Below the pieces are notes generated by a model. It worked only from the letters and a program-made list of their open reading frames with translations. It did not search any database and was not told the DNA's origin. From an uncultured delta proteobacterium (GTDB taxonomy: Bacteria > Myxococcota_A > UBA9160 > SZUA-336): a DNA stretch of 64,000 bases. A program made the position numbers and the translations under genes. The stretch spans positions 96,001-160,000 of the forward strand of contig CAVPHD010000005.1 of assembly GCA_963704165.1 (NCBI GenBank), read 5' to 3'. Of the stretch, positions 53,211-61,473 are shown piece by piece; the first letter of the stretch is position 1; each line of letters starts with the position of its first letter.

Positions 53211-55728
53211 ATGGAGTTCCTCAACCTGATCCCGAGCCGGCTCGCCACAGTCACGCTCTGGGTCGCGAGCGCGTTCGCGCTGTTCGTGCCGGGAGCGATG
53301 CGTTCGGCCGCGGATACGGTCACGTTCGAGTCGGCGGCCGGCTACAACGACCCGAACATCCCCTATCCGGGTGGGCAACAGCATGGCCCCTACGATTGGA
53401 TCGAGGGGGACGTGCGCGTCGTGGGCACCTGGGCGACGAACGTCGCGACTCCCGGCGCCGGCTATCTCCAGGGCCACACCCACATCGTCTCGAGCGGCCC
53501 GGTCTACCTCGGGCAGACCGGCAACTACATCTACTCGCACGCTTGGAACAGCGATCTCCAAGGCCTCTACATCCACTTCGAGGACAACCGGCCGTTCCGG
53601 CTCTCGTCGCTGCGCTACCGGCTCGGGAATCGCGTCTGGGAGGAGTCCTTCCCGAATGGATTGCCGTGGTCCTGGGGCTCGAACGACGGTCAGCTCCTGA
53701 TCGCGGAGACGTTCGACCCGACACTGACTCCGTTCTCCGTCTTCGAAGCGCAGTTCACGCCGTTCCCGGTCGACGACGGCTCGGTGCATCCGACCAATCC
53801 GGACAGCCCGGCCCCCACGAGCCCGTTCCGAACGCTCACGTTCGACCAGTTCAACAACGTGACGGCGGTCTACATCACCAACTCGGTGGCGCGCGTCTTC
53901 GTGGACAGCTTCGTCCTCGATCCACCGATCCAGACGATCTGTTCGAACGGTCTCGACGACGACGGAGACGGCGCGGCCGACTTTCCGGCCGATTCGGGTT
54001 GCGCCAGCGCGAACGACGCGTCCGAGCGCGGGCCCGGTCTGATCTGTGACGACGACATCGACAACGATGCCGATGGCGTGGCGGACTTCCCGGCCGACGC
54101 CGGCTGCACGAGCCCGGCCGACACGTCGGAGCGCGAGTCGACGCTGATCTGTGACGACGGGTTCGACAACGACGGCGACGGCGTCGCCGACTACCCCTTC
54201 GACCTCGGCTGCACGTCGGGTACGGACGATTCGGAGCGGGATGCGGCTCGGGTCTGCGACGACGGGGTCGACAACGACGGCGACGGCGACTCGGACTTCC
54301 CGGCGGACGCCGGCTGCACGAGCGCGGCCGATGACTCGGAGCGCGACGCGACGCGCGTCTGCGACGATGGCCTCGACAACGACGGCGACGGCGACTCGGA
54401 TTTCCCGGCGGACGGCGGGTGCGCTTCGGGCGCGGACGATTCGGAGCGGGACGCCGCACGCGTCTGCGACGACGGTCTCGACAACGACGGCGACGGCGAC
54501 TGCCGACTTCCCGCTCGACGCCGGCTGCACGATCGCGCGCGGACGATTCGGAGCGGGACGCGGCTCGGGTCTGCGACGACGGGCTCGACAACGACGGCGA
54601 CGGCGACTCGGACTTCCCGGCGGACGCCGGCTGCACGAGCGCGGCCGATGACTCGGAGCGCGACGCGACGCGCGTCTGCGACGACGGCCTCGACAACGAC
54701 GGCGACGGCGACTCGGATTTCCCGGCCGACGGCGGCTGCACTTCGGGCGCGGACGATTCGGAGCGGGACGCGGCGCGGATCTGCGACGATGGTCTCGACA
54801 ACGACGGCGACGGCACTGCGGACTTCCCGCTCGACGCCGGCTGCACGAGCGCCGCCGATGACTCGGAGCGCGACGCGACGCGCGTCTGCGACGACGGCCT
54901 CGACAACGACGGCGACGGCGATCGACTTCCCCGCCGACCCCGGCTGCGCGATCGCGGCCGATGACTCCGAGCGCGACGCGACGCGCGTCTGCGACGACGG
55001 CCTCGACAACGACGGCGACAGCGATTCGGACTTCCCCGCCGACGCCGGCTGCATCGAGCGCGGCCGACGATTCGGAGCACGACCAACGCGCGCCTGCGAC
55101 GACGGTCTCGACAACGACGGCGACGGCACTGCGACTTCCCGCTCGACGCCGGTTGCACGAGCGCCGCCGATGATTCGGAGCGCGATGCTGACGCACGTCT
55201 GCGACGATGGCCTCGACAACGACGGCGATGAGCGCTTCCGACTTCCCCGCCGATGCGGGCTGCTCGGGCGGCGCGGACGATTCCGAGCAGGACCCGGCGT
55301 TGCCCTGCGACGACGGTCTCGACAACGACGGGGATTTCGCGACGGACCATCCCGCCGACGAAGGCTGCACCGCCAGCACGGACCCATCCGAACGCGAGCC
55401 GACGCGGATCTGCGACGACGGCCTGGACAACGACGGCGATCTCGCGATCGACTTCCCGGCCGATCACGGCTGCACATCCGGCTCGGACGACTCGGAGCGC
55501 GAGAGCGGCCACGTCTGCGACGACGGTATCGACAACGACGGCGACGTCTTCGTCGACTTCCCGTTCGACTCGGACTGCGCGGACATCGACGGCGGATCCG
55601 AGGGCGAATCCGTCGCGCCCGAGGTGCCCTCGGTGGGTGGGCCGTGGCGTTGGCTGCTCGGCGCGGCGCTTCTGGCCACGCTCCTCGTCGCCTACGCCGG
55701 CAGGCGGGGTGGGCGCACGCTCGGTTGA
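53211..55728 (+). CDS. Cys/Asp-rich repeat surface protein with C-terminal sorting signal (several frameshifts in the repeats)
   Basis: Signal peptide, ~210-aa aromatic-rich domain, 16 CDDGxDNDGDG..DFP.D.GC units, C-terminal VPSV..WRW-TM-RR. Confidence 0.8.
53940..55620 (+). repeat. 16 tandem ~105-bp coding repeats
   Basis: First Cys codon of each unit at 53940, 54045, 54150, 54255, 54360, 54465, 54572, 54677, 54782, 54887, 54990, 55095, 55200, 55306, 55411, 55516. Confidence 0.95.
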
Positions 55729-55742
55729 AGCCGGTGCCGCTT

Positions 55743-57017
55743 CTAGGGAACCTCTGACTTGAAGAACGACGCGAGGTCCTGACCGGAGATCTGCTCCGCG
55801 ATCTCCCGGACGCGCGCCGTCGTGACGGTACCGCCTTCCTGCACGAGCTGGCGCGCGACGTCATCGAGACTGCGGGCTTGATCGGTGACGTCGCGAATGC
55901 GCCCATCGAGTGCGCGCAGCACCGTCACGGCGCGCGCGGTACCGGCGCCCGAAACGGTTCGGCTCCGCAGGTGCGCGGCCTCGGTGCCGCGTTCGGCGAG
56001 GAACTCGTACGCCCTCTGCAACCGCTCGGGCGACACCGTCTCGGATCGGCCGAGCGCCTGAAGCGAGTAGTACTCGGCCATTCCCTCGATCGCCCAGTCG
56101 CCATCGAAACCGGGTTGCAGGCGAAGCGCAGTGTGTATGACCTCGTGCAGGATCGGGCTCGTACCGTCCTCGCTGATCAACGGACGGTGCGCGTGCAGGA
56201 AGAGCGAGCCCGGACCCGAGAGTCCACCGCGCCACATCGGATCCCCCGCCGAAACGATCAGCAGCCGATCGGGGAGCGATCCGAACGCATCGCGCAGCGT
56301 CGGCAGCGTCCAGCGGAGAAGCGCGAGGATGTCCTGGCGATGAACACCGGCGCCGCGCGGACCCGCGATCGAGATGCGAACCCCCGCGACTTCTTCGCGG
56401 ATCACCCCGAGCACTCCCGCGATCATCCAGCCCGTCGGACGATCGAAGCGGCGCCCGGGATGTTCGACGCGATACTCCCCGCCGCGCATCTTTGCGTAGG
56501 GCGTCGCGATGCTCCAGCCCTCGGGAAGGCGAACGCGGAGCCGGGTCCGAGAGCGCGCTCCGTCCGCCGTGGTGCTCACGTGCGCCGGAGGCACGAGATC
56601 CTCACCGCGAAAGATCGCCCAGGTCTTCGCGCAACGAGCATCGTAACGGCGCGGGTCGCGGAGATGGTCGATCCTGAAGACATACTGGAGCCTTCCGCCG
56701 GAGGGCGGCGGCGTCCACGTCACGTGAGCGCCCTCCGTGGCGATCTTGCCGTCGCCACGGAACAGCAGATGTCGCTGCGGATCGATCCGGAAGCGGACCC
56801 ATTCCAGGTTCTTCGAACCGCGGCCGACCGCGAGCGTGACGTGCGCGGCGCGCTCCGTGGGCACGATCCGGGCGGTGACGTCCAAGTCGTAGATCAAGGA
56901 CTTCGGGGTCGGAGCGGGGATCGGCGCGGTCGGCTGCGTCTGCTGCGCCCGGGCGGACGCGACACCGAACTGCGACGAAGCGCAGAACAGCGCGAGCGAT
57001 AGGATTCCTGCTCTCAA
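55743..57017 (-). CDS. Exported gluzincin-type metallopeptidase-like protein
   Basis: TTG start overlapping the upstream TGA with AGGAG RBS; signal peptide; ILHEVIH followed by WAIEGMAEY. Confidence 0.8.
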   Translation of the reverse strand: MRAGILSLALFCASSQFGVASARAQQTQPTAPIPAPTPKSLIYDLDVTARIVPTERAAHVTLAVGRGSKNLEWVRFRIDPQRHLLFRGDGKIATEGAHVTWTPPPSGGRLQYVFRIDHLRDPRRYDARCAKTWAIFRGEDLVPPAHVSTTADGARSRTRLRVRLPEGWSIATPYAKMRGGEYRVEHPGRRFDRPTGWMIAGVLGVIREEVAGVRISIAGPRGAGVHRQDILALLRWTLPTLRDAFGSLPDRLLIVSAGDPMWRGGLSGPGSLFLHAHRPLISEDGTSPILHEVIHTALRLQPGFDGDWAIEGMAEYYSLQALGRSETVSPERLQRAYEFLAERGTEAAHLRSRTVSGAGTARAVTVLRALDGRIRDVTDQARSLDDVARQLVQEGGTVTTARVREIAEQISGQDLASFFKSEVP

Positions 57018-57973
57018 TTCCGTCGCTCCTCTCTCGCCTCGCGCGAGATCTCGGCGCCGAGCGCGATCCGTTCGGGCCAGGTCATTCCCGGTCGGACGCG
57101 CGCGTTCACCGCCTCGAGCCGCGGGGCGAGGCCCATCTGGTTCGCGATCTGGATCGCGAGTCCAGGTCGGGCATTCAGCTCCAAGATCAGCGGGCCGTGA
57201 TGCGCATCGATGACGACGTCCGCTCCGACGTAGCCGAGCTCGGTCTGGTCGCTCGCACGCACGGCGATCTCGAGCGTGCGTTCCCACTCGGGAATCGCCC
57301 GGCCGACCACCGGTTCGTGCGTATCGGGATGCACCGGAACCGGGCGTCCGTCGAGCACCGCATGGTTCGTGCGACCGGTGTCGATCTCGATGCCCGCGCC
57401 CACGGCACCCTGGTGCAGATTCGCGCGGCCGCGCGAGCGCTGTGTCGGCAGTCGCGTCATCGACATCACCGGCACCCCGCGATAGACGACGACGCGTATG
57501 TCGGGCACGCCTTCGGTCGTGATCGTGGCGAACTCCTGGTGAACCTCGAGCCGCTCCTCGGCGAACGCGACGTCGGGCTGTCCACCGAGTGCGTAAGCGC
57601 CCGAGATGATGCTCGCGGAGTGGTAGAAGAGCGCACGGCGTTCGATCCAGCGTCCGCCGGGTCGCCGGAACCATTCCCCGTCACGCTCGAGCACGACGAG
57701 GATTCCGTTTCCCATCGCTCCGTGCGCGGGTTTCAGCACGAACGACGCGTACGCGTCGAGCTCGCGCAGCATCTTGCCCACCTCGGAGTGCACGCGCGCC
57801 ACCGCGAGCACCGGTGCCGTCGGGATGCCCGCGTCGCGCAGCAGGCGCTTGGTCTCGAGCTTGTCGTCCACGCGTGGGTAGAAGCGCCGTGGATTCCAGC
57901 GCATCGTGAATTCACCGTTGCGCCGATTCATGCCGAGAACTCCCGCGGCGCGCAGCCGGCCTGCGAGCGTCAT
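57014..57973 (-). CDS. Alpha-L-glutamate ligase-like ATP-grasp protein (TIGR02291-like)
   Basis: GVLGMNRRN, NPRRFYPRVDDKLETK, FVLKPAHG, GVPDIRV, ANLHQGAVGAGI, GYVGAD, ELNARPGLAIQIAN. Confidence 0.92.
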   Translation of the reverse strand: MTLAGRLRAAGVLGMNRRNGEFTMRWNPRRFYPRVDDKLETKRLLRDAGIPTAPVLAVARVHSEVGKMLRELDAYASFVLKPAHGAMGNGILVVLERDGEWFRRPGGRWIERRALFYHSASIISGAYALGGQPDVAFAEERLEVHQEFATITTEGVPDIRVVVYRGVPVMSMTRLPTQRSRGRANLHQGAVGAGIEIDTGRTNHAVLDGRPVPVHPDTHEPVVGRAIPEWERTLEIAVRASDQTELGYVGADVVIDAHHGPLILELNARPGLAIQIANQMGLAPRLEAVNARVRPGMTWPERIALGAEISREAREERRN

Positions 57974-59550
57974 GGCACGCCCTCGTCGATCTGGCGCGCG
58001 AACGAGCGGAATCTCCAGAGTTCGGCCAGTCGGTAGCCGGTGTAGCCACCGATCGCGACCAGCGCCCCCATCGTCGAGATCACGAGCTCGGGAAATCCGA
58101 ACATCACGTGGACGAGGGCATCGAGACGAAAGACCGGATAGATGCAGACCGCGATCAACGTCGATGACGCGAGCCGGCGCACGGCCGCGCCTGGACCCTC
58201 TTCTGCGGACGTGATCGAGTAGCGCTCGATCAGCATCGTCAGGATCACGACCGGGAACAGGATGCTCGCGAACAGATCCTTCACCTCGTAGCTGCGTCCG
58301 AGCAGCGACTGGGCGATGATCGCGAGAACGACGACGCAGAGCAGCACGCCGAGTCGCGGGACGAGCAGGAGCTGCAGCCGATCGAGAAAGAGCCGCGAGA
58401 CGATGCCGAGCGCGATCACGGACCCGACCAGCGAGAGCCCGAGCGACAGGGACAGATCGCGAAGCGCGAGGGCGATCAGGAGCGGCATGAACGTCCCGAA
58501 CGTTCGCAGGCCGACCAGGTTCCGGAAGACCGAAATGATCAGCGCGCCGATCGGAAGCAGCAGGAGGATCCGAACCGCCTCCTGCGAACCGACGGGCAGC
58601 CGGTACAGCGAGACGGCGGCGAGCAGCGGATTCGACGGCACCATGAAGGAGGCGACCTCCTTCGCGTCGAGTGATTCGCGCAGCACGCGGTAGCGCGAGG
58701 AGATCGCTTCGAGCCCCGTTTCCTCGATCAGCGTCGAGCTTCCCGAGCGAAGCAGGAGGATGTTCGCGGGCCGCGAGCCGAAGAACCCGAGCGTCGGCGA
58801 CAGCGGAATCCAACGGCCGCCCACCCACACCTCGACCCAGACCGTTTCTCTCGCGTCGCGCTGCGCGTGCAGCCTCAAGCCCGCCGCGAGGCGCGCCGGG
58901 AATCCGACCGCGCGCAGGAGAGAGACGAGCAGCCGCGACTTCCCGACCTGGCTGCCCTCGCCGGCGGCGAGCGTGAGCAACGCGTCCGAGCTGCCGGTGG
59001 TGGCCGTGAGGATCTCGTCGGTCACGTAGCCGAGCAGCGTCCGCATCTGACCGAGGGGGTCGTTCGGCGCGGGCGGTGCGATGCTCGCGACCAACTCCCG
59101 GATCTCGGGAGCGTCGACCGGGAAGCGCGACGACGCGCGGGTATGGGCCGCGACGATGTCTTTGGTGGGCTTCTGCGCGAGATCGGTCGGAATCGGCAGG
59201 GGAATGTCGGCGAGCTGGACGCGAAATGTGTGCGAGATGCTGTGCACGCCATCGAACTTCCCGCTCCACACTCCGGTTCGTTGGCCGCGCTCGTTTCGGA
59301 TCGTGAACACCAGCCGATCGGAGGTCTGCCGCTCGTCGAAGATCTCCTGCTCGGCATCCGCGGAGGGCAACGCGACCCGTACGCTGCCGCGCTGTCCAGA
59401 TCCGCGCGCCTCGAGCTCGAGCTCGACCCGCCACAGGTTCTCGACGTTCGACGGCAGGATCGGAAGCTGCAGAACGAGCGTCTTCCAGGCGAAAATCGAC
59501 AGACCCAGCGCCGCGAGCACGCTTCCGGTGACCGTCGCTGCTCGATTCAC
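57970..59550 (-). CDS. Inactive transglutaminase fused to 7TM domain
   Basis: N-terminal TM, TGase-fold LLRAVGFPAR..WVEVW..WIPLSPT without the catalytic triad, then LYRLP, LLLPIGA, GLRTFGTFMP, LLLVPRL, FPVVILTMLIER, GYTGYRLAELWRF. Confidence 0.9.
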   Translation of the reverse strand: MNRAATVTGSVLAALGLSIFAWKTLVLQLPILPSNVENLWRVELELEARGSGQRGSVRVALPSADAEQEIFDERQTSDRLVFTIRNERGQRTGVWSGKFDGVHSISHTFRVQLADIPLPIPTDLAQKPTKDIVAAHTRASSRFPVDAPEIRELVASIAPPAPNDPLGQMRTLLGYVTDEILTATTGSSDALLTLAAGEGSQVGKSRLLVSLLRAVGFPARLAAGLRLHAQRDARETVWVEVWVGGRWIPLSPTLGFFGSRPANILLLRSGSSTLIEETGLEAISSRYRVLRESLDAKEVASFMVPSNPLLAAVSLYRLPVGSQEAVRILLLLPIGALIISVFRNLVGLRTFGTFMPLLIALALRDLSLSLGLSLVGSVIALGIVSRLFLDRLQLLLVPRLGVLLCVVVLAIIAQSLLGRSYEVKDLFASILFPVVILTMLIERYSITSAEEGPGAAVRRLASSTLIAVCIYPVFRLDALVHVMFGFPELVISTMGALVAIGGYTGYRLAELWRFRSFARQIDEGVP

Positions 59551-59565
59551 GCGCAAGCCCCCGTG

Positions 59566-60681
59566 CTAATCCGGCCGCTCCTCGAGCTCGGTGCGTGCGG
59601 CGCTCAGACCTTCGTCCACGGTGGGCAGCAGGGCGGCCGGGACGTTGGCATTGCGATCCATCGGCTCGTCGGTTGCGATGTGGAAGGCGGCGAAGCCCGG
59701 CATCACGAGCTGATCGAGCGCGATGCCGATCACTCGTCCTCGATGGGACGAGCGGATCGTGGACTTCTCGTTCGAGATCGGATCGAAGACGGTGCCTAGC
59801 ACCTGGTTCGCCTTCACCATGTCGCCGAGCTTCGCGCGCGACGCGAGGATTCCGCCGTCGTCCACGCGGATCCAGCGCGCGCGGTAGTAGAGCGCGGGTT
59901 CAGGAGTCTCGGCGCTCTTTGCCGTTCGCATTCCCAGCTGCACCAACATCCGCTCGACGCCGCGCACTCCGCGCTCGATCTCGTCCGACTGGAAGCGCAT
60001 CGGCTCCCCGGCCTCGTAGGTGATCGCGGGGATGCCGGCCTCGCTCGCCGCGCGTCGCAGTGTTCCGAAGCGGCCCTCGTTGTGGATCGCGATCTCGCTG
60101 CCGAAGGCGCGCGCGAGCCTCAGGATCTCGGGCCGGCGCAGATCGCCGCGCACCTGCGGCAGATTCGTGCGGTGGAACGATCCGGAATGCACGTCCACGA
60201 GCGCGTCACAGCTGCGGATCACGCGCTCGAAGAGCGAATGCGCGAGCCGCGCGGCGCTCGAGCCACGCGGCCTGCCGGGAAAGAACCGGTTCAGGTCGCG
60301 CCGATCGGGCATGTACCGCGAGCTGCGTCGGAAGGCGGCGAGGTTCACGATCGGAATCCCGACCAGCGTGCCCTTCAGCTCGTCGGGTTTGGAGCGGTCG
60401 AGTGTACGGCGCACGACCTCGATGCCGTTCAGCTCGTCGCCGTGAATGCCGGCCGTCAGGCAGAGAACCGGCCCCGGGAGCGTGCCTGCGACGACGATCA
60501 CCGGTGTGGTGGCGTCCTCTCCGACGAACGTCTCGGACACCGGGAGCGGCAGGCGACGCTGGTCGCCGGGCGTGATGGGTTGGCCGAGGAGCTCGAGCGA
60601 CTCCGTCCGGGCAGTCCCCGCCCAGAGCGCCAGGGACGCGAGCGCGGCGATTCTCAGGCGACGAATGGACTTCCCGTGCAT
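59566..60681 (-). CDS. Succinylglutamate desuccinylase/aspartoacylase-family (M14) peptidase with signal peptide
   Basis: AGIHGDELNG, DLNRFFPG, VDVHSG, TYEAG; N-terminal RRLRIAALASLALWAGTART. Confidence 0.9.
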   Translation of the reverse strand: MHGKSIRRLRIAALASLALWAGTARTESLELLGQPITPGDQRRLPLPVSETFVGEDATTPVIVVAGTLPGPVLCLTAGIHGDELNGIEVVRRTLDRSKPDELKGTLVGIPIVNLAAFRRSSRYMPDRRDLNRFFPGRPRGSSAARLAHSLFERVIRSCDALVDVHSGSFHRTNLPQVRGDLRRPEILRLARAFGSEIAIHNEGRFGTLRRAASEAGIPAITYEAGEPMRFQSDEIERGVRGVERMLVQLGMRTAKSAETPEPALYYRARWIRVDDGGILASRAKLGDMVKANQVLGTVFDPISNEKSTIRSSHRGRVIGIALDQLVMPGFAAFHIATDEPMDRNANVPAALLPTVDEGLSAARTELEERPD

Positions 60682-60754
60682 GCGAGGGGCGGATTCCAGC
60701 CCACTTTTCCCGCCGCCGCCAGATCTGCGCGCCCTCCTCGGGGCTCGAACCGGA

Positions 60755-61366
60755 TCAGGGCTTGAGCAGGAGGCGGATTCCGTTTCGCAAGGTGGCTTCA
60801 CCCAGGTTGACGCCGGTGTCCGCGAGAGACATCGCGCCGATCCCGAGCGCGAGCAGGAGCGCCGCGGTCTGGCCGGGCTCGAGGTCGCGCCGTACCTCGC
60901 CGTTCTCCTGGGCACGCTCGACCAGCTTGCCGAGTCGTACGCCGGCCTCGCGGGAGATCTCCGCGAATCGCTGCATGAGCTTCTCGGAGCGGGCGATCGA
61001 TTCGAAGACCCGGTGCGTGGCGATCGGGAAGCTGCCGACCACAGGCCACTCGCGCCGGGCGATGAAGGCCGTGTACCGGCCGATCGCGGCGTCGAGGTCG
61101 TCACCTCCGTTCAGCCCGACCACGGCATCGAGAATTCCGGAGAGCACCCAGTCGGTCACCGCGACCACGAAGTCGTCGCGGTCCTTGAAATGCACGTAGA
61201 AGGCGCCGCGTGTGAATCCAGCTCGGGCGCAGATCGCATCGAGACTCGGTGTGTCCAGACCGTGTTCGATCAGCTCGAGCAACCCCGCTTGAAGCAGCGC
61301 CTTGCGCGTGACTCCTTTCGACTCGGCGCGGCTGAGCCGCGGCTCGACGACGGGGCTCTCTTGCAT
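60755..61366 (-). CDS. TetR/AcrR family regulator
   Basis: SLDAICARAGFTRGAFYVHFKDRDD helix-turn-helix. Confidence 0.92.
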   Translation of the reverse strand: MQESPVVEPRLSRAESKGVTRKALLQAGLLELIEHGLDTPSLDAICARAGFTRGAFYVHFKDRDDFVVAVTDWVLSGILDAVVGLNGGDDLDAAIGRYTAFIARREWPVVGSFPIATHRVFESIARSEKLMQRFAEISREAGVRLGKLVERAQENGEVRRDLEPGQTAALLLALGIGAMSLADTGVNLGEATLRNGIRLLLKP

Positions 61367-61473
61367 CTCTTCGCGCTCCTTGCGCACTCCGACGACCTTC
61401 GGTGTTTTTAACACGACTCAAATCCGCGGGTAACGCAAGTCTCCTTGCGCTCCACGGACTCGCGGGTCGGCGG

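Noticed and set aside
53940..55620. Regular array as a possible CRISPR
   Set aside because: Units are 105-bp coding repeats with no unique spacers, and no cas genes are present
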